DNA of 63,969 bases, counting the filler, from Licmophora abbreviata (lineage: Eukaryota), in NCBI GenBank assembly GCA_900291995.1. It is 19 parts of 19 records of this genome, joined end to end, with 100 filler letters (N's around TTAATTAATTAA, not from the genome) between each part and the next. Parts side by side here need not be neighbours in the genome. Positions count along the whole stretch, not along the records: positions 44,966 to 46,423 come from OLMU01000634.1; positions 46,524 to 48,911 come from OLMU01000635.1; positions 49,012 to 50,547 come from OLMU01000636.1; positions 50,648 to 53,031 come from OLMU01000637.1; positions 53,132 to 55,520 come from OLMU01000638.1; positions 55,621 to 62,183 come from OLMU01000640.1; 13 more parts are not named here. One strand, written 5' to 3'. The notes under the pieces are model-generated. The model did no database searches. It was not told the origin of the DNA and saw only the letters and a program-made list of their open reading frames with translations. A program made the position numbers and the translations under genes. Below are positions 46,235 through 57,461 of this stretch, piece after piece (the stretch's first letter is position 1; each line of letters opens with the position of its first letter).

Positions 46235-49200
46235 ATGAGAAACACCATCATGATGGCCGTCGAAGCAGCAAGAAGTCGGCGCTCTGCATCGTGGCGTGCA
46301 ACGGGTCTTCCGAAAGCTACACTCGTCGCTTTTCTTGTCATCCTGGTGACGGTCCATAGTTTCGTCGTGCCTTCGAACCAACTGTTGTACAGATTCACTC
46401 CTACTACTTTTAAAGGTAAACGTNNNNNNNNNNNNNNNNNNNNNNNNNNNNNNNNNNNNNNNNNNNNTTAATTAATTAANNNNNNNNNNNNNNNNNNNNN
46501 NNNNNNNNNNNNNNNNNNNNNNNAACGCAAAAAGGAGCGACAAGGAGAAAAGCAGAAGTCAAGTCAAGTAGAAGCTCTCGATCATCGCGATGATGACCTG
46601 CCGACGTCTCTCTCGGATGTCACGGATGATCCGACGTCGCTTTCGGATCTTTCCACTGATGGCGTGTGGAATGCGTCGTCCTCCAATACCTTCGGGTCGC
46701 TGCTCCTACGATTACAAAAGGAAGAAGAGGAAGAAATGAGAAAGATTGCATTGTCATCTGATGATACTGCTAATGCGACCACCGTACTAGATCATCAGAC
46801 TCGAATGGCACACTTGGAGAAGAACGCGACCACCACCGTCATACCCCCAAGCGAGACCTTGACTCCAATGGACCGAGAGACAGCGCGCGAGTTAGATGAA
46901 GGCGTGACACGATCATCTCGTGAGCTGCTACTGGAAGGAGTGAGAGTTCTGGAGAGTTCCCCTCTCTCTGAATACTCGACGCGGACGACCCGTACATCAG
47001 CTACCACGAAAGATGAATTTGATCCGCGGCTCTTGCTGCAGAGAATGCCATTGAGCATGCCGGAGCATTACAGTGATCGAATCGGACGAGACATGCGACA
47101 CTTGGCTGTTTCGATTGCTTCCAGTACTGATGAAGTTTGGCAGTGGCGGTTGTTTTGTCAAGAAAAGGGAGGCATACTCCCTTTGCTCCAGTGTGTCCGT
47201 GACGGCGTTGCAGGATTGGAGCCGCTCGATCGACGCGGACGTCGCACGAGGCGTCGACAACGACGTACCAAAGTCGCCCTACCCGCGACACCTGCCTTGG
47301 AGGAAGACTTCTTCGTAGCTTGTACCGCTTGTCGTTCTCTGCGTGACTTGTGTGCCTTGTCGCCTGAGATGGCAGCCATCTTGACTGATGGTGTTCTCCG
47401 GGTCAAATGAGGCTTGGACATCGCCCAAGTCAAAAAAGGGATCTAGCAGCTCCCAGCGACAGAAAATACAACGCAGGAAGGGCCTCCGCCGAGTGAAGGT
47501 TGAGTTGGGGAGTCAGAGTCGCGGTCCTCTGTCAGATTTTGTATCGTTGCTGCAGCATGCCAACGATCTTGAACTGACGCGCGAAGCTAGGGACATTTTT
47601 AGAGTAAACGATCGCCGCAGTCGACGAGGTATGTTTCACTGGCAACATCTGTTGAAATCTTATATGCCGCTCATCTTCGTTCATAAATTTCAGACGCACG
47701 CCAGCGAAGCAAACTGTACGTGCTGCAGCTCCTACTTGCGATGGCTGTTGCTAGCGACGACGCTATCCAGGCATTCCGATCCACGCCCGGACTTGTGGAT
47801 GCTGTGCTCGCATCTTCGTCATATGCGAGAAAAGAAAGAACCCGTCGTTGGCTCAGGTATCCTGTCGAGGTGGCTAAGCGCTGGGTTCGCGTATCCAAGA
47901 TAGAGGGGGACGTCGCCGAGAGTGAGGAGGCTTTGCGCAGCCGCCCGTTCATTGAAGCCGCCTCCTTGGGCGACGACTTGCAGGGAAGAGTACGAGGGAC
48001 CGCCAATCAACTGCTTGCTGCCATCGGATGCAACCAATGGATACCAAAGATCCCCGGTCAACGTGGTTTGCGCATTCTATGCATCGACGGAGGAGGCTCG
48101 AGAGGAATGGCGGCCGTCACATCTCTGAACTGTCTGGTAAATGCCATGGGGAATGCTGAAGCCTGTGACACCTTTGATATGATTGCTGGAACATCGACTG
48201 GGGCAATTATTGCTTTCCTGGTTGGTCTTCGACGAGAGTCTAGTGGACAAGCGCGGGAACGATACAACGTTCTCATTCGGAAGATCTTTGTGAAATCTGC
48301 ACTCAGCACACCGTTGATGCTCTTTACGACGGCAACATACGATGAAGCGCCCTTCATGGTAATCTTGAAGGACATTCTCGGTGACAACTCAATGCTGGAC
48401 AGTCGGTCTGATCCTGCGGTCCCGCTTGTTTTTGCTGTTACGTCGAAAATGTCATCTACGCCGACTCACGTCTCACTATTCCGCAATTACAACTACGCTG
48501 GGGGAGAACTTCGCGATCCTTTCACCATCAATCCGGAAGAAGCACGTGAAGAGTTAGATCTTCCACTTGCAATTGAGCATGAGACGATTCGCTCGTCTCA
48601 TTCTCCCAGCCGAGCATCATCTGGGGAAGAGACAAAGCAGTTTGCTCCTGGTGCCAGACTATCACAAGACGCGTCTCGGCATCCTGGTTCGTTCCGAGTA
48701 CTTCAGAAGCATGCTCTCCGAGCTTCCACGGCTGCGCCAACTGTCTTCAAACCAGTCTTCATGGGTGGCGAAGTGTACTGTGATGGTGGGATCGTTGCCT
48801 CCAATCCAGCTGCAGTTGCCATTCACGAGGCTCGAACTCTGTTCCCTGATATCCCAATTGAAATGGTGGTATCCATTGGAACGGGAGGTAGGTTTCTGTC
48901 TCCAAAAGTTTNNNNNNNNNNNNNNNNNNNNNNNNNNNNNNNNNNNNNNNNNNNNTTAATTAATTAANNNNNNNNNNNNNNNNNNNNNNNNNNNNNNNNN
49001 NNNNNNNNNNNCCCTGATATCCCAATTGAAATGGTGGTATCCATTGGAACGGGAGGTAGGTTTCTGTCTCCAAAAGTTTTCACTCTTTGCGCAAAACATC
49101 TAACGTGTATCTTTCAAATTGTTTCAGGGTTCACGGAGGAAAAGAGTGCCCCTCGTATCGGGTGGGACGGCATCATTGGCCAGATCGTCAACAGTGCAAC

Positions 49201-49561
49201 AGACGGTACGTAACAAGGGACCTGTATGATCGTTCATAGTTTCACAGTCGACTCAACTCTGGCAAACTGCCTCGTCTCTTCAGGTGAGCAGATTCACCAC
49301 GTTCTTGAAGATATTCTCGGTGGCGATGGGATGAGTAGTCTTGGAAAGGCCTCCGTTTCTTCAACGAAATACTATCGACTGAACCCAGTCATTGGTGGGC
49401 CCAATGACTTTCCTATCGATGTTACTGATCCGAAGCTGCTGCGACGACTGAGCGAGATTGCTGAAGAGTATTTTGAAGAGCCAGAGCAGCAAAGGAAACT
49501 CGTGGAGATTAACGAAGTCCTGGAAGGAAGAAGAGGGTGGCGGAAACTGCTACGTGGATGA
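46235..49561 (+). CDS. Patatin-like phospholipase (iPLA2-gamma-like) with a signal peptide and long helical N-terminal region
   Basis: RILCIDGGGSRG, GTSTG, RASTAAPTVF, DGGIVASNP and VSIGTG; hydrophobic leader VAFLVILVTVHS-FVVP; several introns and two linkers. Confidence 0.88.
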
Positions 49562-49623
49562 AACATGGAGTGCATCGTCGCCGACGAGGCGTAATCTAAA
49601 GTAGCATATCGATACCGGGGCTA

Positions 49624-50448
49624 CTACGGCATCGCTTCGTGCTCGTCAGTGTCACCGTCCGCGACCACTAGGGGTTGCTTTTTGGGTGCCTCATTGGGAT
49701 ACGTGGTCTCAATGTACTGTTCACACCTCCGTCGCAAGGTGGGATCAAACGATTTGACAAGGCTGTCTGCTGTTGGAACGACACGCTCCGACAGCATCCT
49801 TCGAACGAATATTTCCTTTTGTGCATTGTACATGGAAAGCATCAGTGAGCTTCGAGGAGATGGGTCGGTCGTTGTCTCGAGACCGTCAAACTCGACAATG
49901 GCCGCTAGTGCTTCGAGAAGGTCCTGTGTGAGCTGCGAAACTTCTTTCGACTTGTCATACCAAGCGATATCCTCCAAACAACCCCGAAATTGCAGAGTAG
50001 CCAAGCTGTAAACGCGGCCTGTTGCACCCCCGCCGACACGACTTGTCACCAACGCTTTCGCCCCGAGCCTCGACTCCAGGTAAAGCTGCTTTCGACGATC
50101 TTCCTGGTTGACATTCTGTAAGTCTATCGACATGGTCTGTGCCCAATACTTTACGCGCAGCACGTTTACGATACATAGATCCAGCTGTCTTCGCTCTTTG
50201 CCCGGAAGCCCTATAGCGCCTGCAGCAGGATTTATTCGATATCCAAGCACTCCACCGCCAGCCAAAACCGCCAAAGCTCTTCTTCTCGATCCACTATGAC
50301 CTGATTGTAGCGTTGCCTTGCTTTTACGAGATGACACGGCCGGTGTGGTTCCAAGCGCCGACACCCGACCCGATGGGGTCCACCCCCATGCCGTGACAAA
50401 GAGGAAGACGAGTGCCATAGTCATCGTCCTCCACAACCAAGAGATCAT
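49624..50448 (-). CDS. Hypothetical helical protein with signal peptide and twin-arginine leader (probable thylakoid-lumen protein)
   Basis: MALVFLFVTAWG-WTP, a Ser/Arg-rich transit region, then SRRRALAVLAGGGVLG...PAAGA. Confidence 0.6.
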   Translation of the reverse strand: MISWLWRTMTMALVFLFVTAWGWTPSGRVSALGTTPAVSSRKSKATLQSGHSGSRRRALAVLAGGGVLGYRINPAAGAIGLPGKERRQLDLCIVNVLRVKYWAQTMSIDLQNVNQEDRRKQLYLESRLGAKALVTSRVGGGATGRVYSLATLQFRGCLEDIAWYDKSKEVSQLTQDLLEALAAIVEFDGLETTTDPSPRSSLMLSMYNAQKEIFVRRMLSERVVPTADSLVKSFDPTLRRRCEQYIETTYPNEAPKKQPLVVADGDTDEHEAMP

Positions 50449-50979
50449 CGTTCTTCTACCAAGAGACGTTAAAAAGTGTTTCTCTTCTGTCCCCTACCTC
50501 CTTGGTGACCTTTGAGGGAGCAGGAGGTTTGTTGGAAGAGGGCCATCNNNNNNNNNNNNNNNNNNNNNNNNNNNNNNNNNNNNNNNNNNNNTTAATTAAT
50601 TAANNNNNNNNNNNNNNNNNNNNNNNNNNNNNNNNNNNNNNNNNNNNCACAAGTCGGTTTTCGATGCCATCGTATCGGGACAAGCCTCTTGTATCTTTTA
50701 AACGATCTCCCTTCGTTGAAGTGTTGCTGGTGTTTATGCAGTCTTGGAAAGGACTGCATTAACTATAGTATGTTCGTCTCGTCCTTTAGGTTGTATCGTT
50801 CGTCCCGCGGAGGTCCCCTAGCAACCGTGTACGCGAGCTCTTTTCAAAAGTACTTTCGTGCAATCGAGTAAAACCATGTCACAGAATTGCTACATTAATT
50901 CATAACATCGGTACGTAATCATGCAAAACTAATAGAGATCTGGTCATACAGTACGTTCGTGCCGACAAATACACCGCGC

Positions 50980-53900
50980 TTAGTCTTGGACGTCAGTGGC
51001 CAAACCACCGTCTCCGTGATCGACCATGACGTAGCCGTCATGGATCGGATCAGATCCAAGAGTACCGACAAGAGATTCAATGTATGCTGAAGAGCTTACG
51101 TGTTCAATCTCCTTGCGTGCTTCCTCCAATTTTCCAGCAATGTCGAGGCGTTCCGCTTCAGCCTCGTACCCGGGCCTGCCTACGAAGTCTTTCAGATATT
51201 CAACATGACTCTTCCAGAGAGCAATCTCCCTGTTCTGTTTCTTCACGAGACGGCGGCGGTACCATTTGCTGTTGACGAGTGACTCGCGCGTAAACATTGC
51301 GCGAATCTCGGGGTCCTTGATAGACTTGCCATTGTAGTGCCCGTATGCCATGACATGAAGGACAGCGCGAAGCGGGGGGCAAGCGTCGTCGATAATGCTA
51401 TCCTCAAAGTACAGCTTGGCAGACTTCTCCATGGCTTGGGCAATGTTTTCAATGCCGTCGACGAAAACTTCCATATTCTGCGTCTCTGGCTGGAGCATAT
51501 CCTCTGTGAAAACGCCAGACGGGTTGTCGAAGATTCGACAGAAGAAGTAGTGAACAAAGCGCTTCGTAATACGGTATCCGAGACGAGATGCCGGGATCGT
51601 GCGTCCTTCGTATTCAAAATCCTCGACCGGTTCCAAGAATCCCTTCTCGATCATGTATTTCGGATCGCGTTCCTCTTTTGTCATGCGGCACCAGAGCTCA
51701 GGCACGAGAAGACTGATGTCATGATCGACTTTGTAACGTGGTCCGATCCAACCAGCAGCGCTACTGAAACCTCCGTATTGCGTGAGAATCATCGAGACAA
51801 GCATGTTATTGAGATCAGCGGTCGCACCAATGGCGTTGAAGGGACCCTTGCTGAGGGCGCCCTCCGAGCCTGCCCCGGTTGTGCTTGGACTCTTGCCGGT
51901 CACACAGCAAACGTAGTCCATGAAGAGTTCCGGAAGTTCTTGGTAATGAATCGGGTTGTACACACACAGTGGACGAATCTTCACGCCATTGAGCTCATCG
52001 GGTGGGTTATTTCTGCGACCACCGAGCACACCGGCGACTGGGAACGTGCAAGGCTCGTGAACCGACAGGCGACGGTAAAGACGAGCACCCAGCTCGGCCA
52101 GGTAACGATCCCGCGGAACGGAGATATCAGGACGGACCTGCAAGTAGCGCGGATTCTTTGTTGGCTTGCCGTCAACGAGACGTGGCTTTGCGGAGCAGAT
52201 GTTAATTTGGTCAGGGTTTGCAGCCGCGTCAGTCATGTGTTTCTTCATGGGTTCGGTCATGACGTCGTAGAAATAAAGCTCATCCTTGTACAGCTTCATT
52301 TCATCAGCACTGATGGGCTGGAAGTTCGAGCAAAATAGGCCGTACTCTGACATATCTTGCTCTGTCTGCTTGTCATAACCAGGATGGATGGCGTCGTCGG
52401 GTCTCTGGAAGAGTCGCCATTCACAGTTCTGGGAAATCTTGACAGAAGGATAATTATCGTACTCCGACGGAAGTCCGTAAACTTGTTTGCGAGGGACGAC
52501 TATACTGGCCGTGATATCATCTTCCATCTGGACCTTGTCAGCCGCGATGAAGTCCTGTCGAAGCTTGTAGTTGCGCCATGTTCCGTTCTTCCAAAGACCG
52601 ACGCGAAGGTAAGTGCCGACGAGCTGCCGATCCTTGAACTTCAGCTCGTGTCCCGGAACTCCGTTGGTAATGTCCACTGTGAAGTTGTTTCTCCAGGTCT
52701 TGCCCATCGCCTCGCTGTGGTTGCTCTTGATAGCGAAGATTATCGCACGAATGTGATTCGGAATCTTCTCCACAAACTCATTATGTTCTGCCGTGTATGC
52801 ATCATCAGGTGTGAGCAACTTGATGACAGAACCAAGGGTGCGATCTACAGAGAGAATTGGACGCGAAGGATCACTGTGATACGCCTTGTACTCGGGGAGG
52901 ATTGCGTCGCTGTAGTTACGATCAATGATGCTCGCGACCAAATCCATGTCCTCGTCATAATCTCCAATAAAGATCGGCCCATGAATGACTGCGTCGTTGA
53001 GACTCTTCGAAATCTCGGACTTTCCACCACCNNNNNNNNNNNNNNNNNNNNNNNNNNNNNNNNNNNNNNNNNNNNTTAATTAATTAANNNNNNNNNNNNN
53101 NNNNNNNNNNNNNNNNNNNNNNNNNNNNNNNGATCGGCCCATGAATGACTGCGTCGTTGAGACTCTTCGAAATCTCGGACTTCCACCACCACTGACAGTG
53201 GATGGCTTGTGACAAAACGTCGGTTCTGCGAGTGTTCCAACCAAGCGCCATTTGGACACAGTCGGATGGCGGTTTACCAAGACCTTGTATCCACTCGGAT
53301 GAACGTAGACGTGGTTGGGAAGCAGACGAATCGACTGAGTCTCGCCAGTCGACTTGTCTGTGAATGTGGCCATCTGCGAGTGCAGACTTAGTTCAACATC
53401 TTCCGGCATAATGTGAATGTTGGGGTATATCTTGTCCGTGGCGTATCCCTCAGGGTGACACTCCACAGTGTCGCCTAAGAGTTTGATGGCATCCTCATAG
53501 ACGTAAGAGTTGGGAACAGCCTTTGGCGGGACGATGACCTGCATATAACGCGGGTTCGCGATAAAGTGTTCTCCAAGGTTGGCAGCTTTGAACGCGAGGG
53601 CCCCTCCGGCGTGCTCCTCTTCAGCAAGACCAAACACGTTGGCAGTCAAGCCAATTTGTGTCTTCACTTCCTTCTTGCAGTAGCCTGGATACCGATGAAT
53701 GAGATACAATCGTTGAGAGGATGATGTTATTGCTTGTTGCACCCAAAATTCAACCTGCATCATTTCAGAACTCACCAAAGTAGTTATCAGCCAGAATCGT
53801 AACCATGATGCCACGTTCATCGCGGCACGTAATCTTGAAGGGCTTTCCACCGTTGTAGAGCTCCTCTGGATCACTCCAGCACATACCAGTCGCCTTTTGC

Positions 53901-54901
53901 TTTTCGCTCGCCTCGTCGACATGGGGCAATCCTAACTCTGTCTTTAAACACTTGCGCAAATGCGGAGCCAGCACGACACATCCGGTCGTACCCGTCCAAT
54001 GTGCGGTGTCGAGTCCACTGTCGTTTTCCGGCAAGCTGGGATCACCGGCGTTCCCGAAGATACTTTCTACGAAATCCAAATTGGCCACGCAACCTCCTGG
54101 CACAAAGAAGCGTACCTCCAGACGTTTCTCAGCGCTGACGCCGGGAACTTCCGGGCATGCCAAAGGACGGAGGAGCAGCGAAACCATAGTTTCGGCCGGT
54201 TTGGGCCACTTCGAAGTGTACGGGATCTGATTGAGATCGGTCGGGGGCTGGAGGGCCGTCTTCAAGAGACGAGCGTACGTCAGCAATGGAACTGGAATCT
54301 TGTCGGCGGGGACAGGCAGTCCATAGTCGGCGACATGAAAAACGCCCTTAGTGGTACGCTTATCGTTGAGAGGATTGTGTAAGACACTGTTCTTGGCGAG
54401 TCGATAGCTGTGGGCGAAAGAAAATAGTGAGAGAGGAAATCATGAGCCAGACTATTGTGCGATGTAGAAATCAGATGGCGCGAACACACACACACACCTA
54501 TCAATCTCCGTGTTATGAAACTCATTCGACGCTTGCGGAAACGAGAGTTCTCGAGCGAGACCGTATCGATCGACTGTCACTGTCTTACTGGGAAGATTTA
54601 CCGACTCTCCTGTGGACTTCAGAACGTCGTCCAGGAAGTTCTGGATACGCTCGTCAATAGGACAGAGGTGACTTTCCAACAGACGGGACTGCTCGCGGTA
54701 GACGCGGAACAAGTCACTTGCCAGATTGAGAATGTTCGCATCGTCGGCCTTGTCCGTGGGAACTTCAAAGCCTTGTGCAGCGAGTTTGACGGCGAGAATC
54801 CGATGAAGTGCTTCTCGATCCACCGCGGCAGCTTGGCCGCCTTCTCGTTTCAGTCCGACGAGACGGACGAGATCTGGCTTGTCCGAGGGGGCAACTACCA
54901 T
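50980..54901 (-). CDS. PPi-type phosphoenolpyruvate carboxykinase (PEP carboxytransphosphorylase)
   Basis: RTTKGVFHVADYGLPVPADK, NLDFVESIFGNAGDP, HWTGTTGCVVLAPHL, ADNYFG|YCKKEVKTQI, EEEHAGGALAF, HKPSTVSGGGKSEISKS, KVQMEDDITAS, RLFQRPDDAI, YNPIHYQELPELFMD and GKSPSTTGAGSEGALSKGPFN. Introns ~54408-54498 and ~53685-53775. The linker at 53032 has overlapping flanks. Confidence 0.85.
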
Positions 54902-55168
54902 TGCTGGTGATGATCCTTGTGTTCTTCGTGATGGCAAACAAATGTACTGTGTGGTAATCGGTTGATTTGTGAGCCGCATCAAGATATCTTGTGAGCTTTT
55001 CTGTTCGCATTTTGCTTAGTATTGGGTTCGCATCGAGCATCCTTCTGTTCCAAAGAATTTGGAACGTTGAAGTTTGATGAGCTCAACTTTAGAGCTCGTA
55101 GCTCGTCCAAGTAGTTAGAATAACGTATTATGTAGCGTATATTTTGCCTTCTATCCACGTCGTAAGTT

Positions 55169-55241
55169 GCTCACATAGCTCAGTTGGCAGAGCACCACAT
55201 TCGTAATGTGAAGGTCGGTGGTTCGATCCCGCCTGTGAGCT
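55169..55241 (+). tRNA. tRNA-Thr (anticodon CGT)
   Basis: Acceptor stem GCTCACA/TGTGAGC, D-arm GCTC-AGTTGGCA-GAGC, anticodon loop TT-CGT-AA and T-arm GGTGG-TTCGATC-CCGCC. A T-run (Pol III terminator) follows and no CCA is encoded. Confidence 0.95.
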
Positions 55242-55620
55242 TTTTGTTTTGCCTCGATCACTAAACTGGCTTGCCTTTCGGCAATTGAGAAAATGAAAGT
55301 AGGCACCTTGTAGTAGGTACCCGGTAGAAGTGGGGAGCCATTGCGTAAGCCCTGAATGTTCTACTGAAATATTCTTCACCGTCGTCCTCGATCGTCGGTC
55401 GAACCAAAATAGTTCAACGGTCGGCGGCCAGGGTTGTCGCGTGCGTTCGTGATGTCAGATGCCCCTCGTCGTCGTCACGATGACGAGCACTTGGCGACGA
55501 AACGACGAATGAATGACCTCNNNNNNNNNNNNNNNNNNNNNNNNNNNNNNNNNNNNNNNNNNNNTTAATTAATTAANNNNNNNNNNNNNNNNNNNNNNNN
55601 NNNNNNNNNNNNNNNNNNNN

Positions 55621-56341
55621 TGTTGCGGACGGCCGTCGAATCCAAGGCGTTCTCCATGAGATCGAGAATAGGTTTCTCGTCTTGACCTTCCGTAGCCTTG
55701 TTAATATTGGCAACGTAGGTGGCATGATGCTTGTCATGATGAATCTTCATGGTGGGTGCGTCAATGTAGGGCTCGAGGGCTTCAAAGGGGTACGGAAGAT
55801 CTGGAAGCGCATAGGCGTTGGCATGTGCGGCAGGAGCCGCAAGAGCGACGCCCGCCGCGAGGCCCTGTTGGAAGAGAGCACGACGAGACGACGGAGCCGA
55901 GTCTTTTGATGATATTGCAAAAGAGGAGAGACAAGGGAACGGAGTACATGTTAGGAAAGGGTAGATTTGGAAGCCATACGAGCGACGCTGAAAAAAGAAT
56001 GCAGTAGGAGGTGATATCTGGTGACTCGACTTTCAATAATCACGATGATCCTTCACTGTCGGGCGAGACAGAAAGATTCATCCATTTCCGTCAAGGAAGT
56101 CAATCAGAGCGAAAACATGTGTCACGGCCGCATCTTATTCTTGGCTCTCCAAGCACGCGTTGCCAAAGAGACACCAGAAGCCATCATAAAGTCCAAAGAT
56201 ACCGCGCGTATCTTTCGTCGAGTTCCGCCGTGTTCTTCAATATGACACTGTCACTCTCTTCTTACCAGTCTTCATGGTCAATGACGACCAGGCAGACACA
56301 GATCCTGCCAAGAGAAACGAGAGAGCCAGCGAGAACTTCAT
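55621..56341 (-). CDS. Fe/Mn superoxide dismutase with a tripartite plastid/thylakoid-lumen leader (3' part lost in the gap)
   Basis: [38 protein letters not shown]. Exon 1 [25 protein letters not shown] is joined by intron 55903-56265 to [30 protein letters not shown]. Confidence 0.88.
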
Positions 56342-56676
56342 GGTCATCATCAAGGGAAAGTTACGTGTGTGCTCTTGTTGCGCCTTGTGATGAAATCCGC
56401 GGTGATTGCTGATTGCTGTGACGTCAGTCTTACGATCTTTGTGTGTCTGTTTGTCTGTGAAAATCGGACGCGCCAAACCACATTCTCCGCCCATCATTGT
56501 GTCACCTCCGTCGGCGAGGTGCTGGCCGTCTTCCGCAAGAAAAGCCTCACATTCTTGGCGCACACTACGGCAACACAACAAAGCGGCCCACTCCCTCTGT
56601 TTGCACTCCTTGTTGTGGAAGTCTACTCTCTTGATACCTGTTCTTCGCCTCCTTGAAGTCGAACATTGATACGACC

Positions 56677-57289
56677 ATGTCCGCTGGCATTGCACGAGGT
56701 CGATTGACGGAAGAACGCAAGGCGTGGCGACGAGATCATCCGTACGGCTTCTACGCGCGGCCCACGCAACGGAACGATGGCAGCAGCGACATGATGAAGT
56801 GGGATGCGGGCATACCTGGCAAAGAAAACACGGATTGGGCCGGTGGAGTCTACAAGTCACTATGGAATTCAACGAGGAGTATCCCAGCAAGCCTCCCAAG
56901 TGCAAGTTCGTAAGTAAACTGGTGTTTGGAGTAGAGGCACTTTTGGAGAGGACGCTGCAACACGACGAATGCTGCCCTCCCGCGGGTCCTTTCGAAGAGC
57001 TGTCTTGTGCTCACTCCCACCTCTTGTCGCTCATCCGTAGGTACCCCCATTGTTCCATCCAAACGTCTATCCCTCGGGCACTGTCTGTCTTTCGATTCTC
57101 AATGAAGAGGAGGGCTGGCGACCGGCGATTACCATCAAGCAGGTTCTGGTGGGCATCCAAGATTTACTCGATGATCCGAATCCCAACAGTCCAGCGCAGA
57201 GCGAAGCCTACAATCTCTTCATGAACAATCGATCGGAGTACAATCGTCGAGTCCAGTTGGAATCCAAGAAGAATACGCCGACTTTGTAG
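56677..57289 (+). CDS. UBC9: SUMO-conjugating enzyme UBC9
   Basis: [37 protein letters not shown] and [30 protein letters not shown]. Apparent 1-nt frameshift near 56856; intron ~56910-57040. Confidence 0.95.
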
Positions 57290-57461
57290 GATCGGAGCTG
57301 TGTCATGGCGGTGTTGCGAAAGCGTAGGAAAAGGAAGAGACCCGACACGCTGCCACTGCCGCTGTATGCTGGTCGCATTTTCTCTTGTAGTAGGAAGTCG
57401 CGTTCTTTTATACACATGCATGGATGTATTGTCTCTATTCGTCAATTAGTGTGTGTCTTTA

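Noticed and set aside
54902..55260. tRNA-Thr next to PPi-PEPCK as the integration site of a horizontally acquired island
   Set aside because: I found no integrase, direct repeat or compositional shift. The gene has spliceosomal introns, and tRNA genes are scattered in such genomes.
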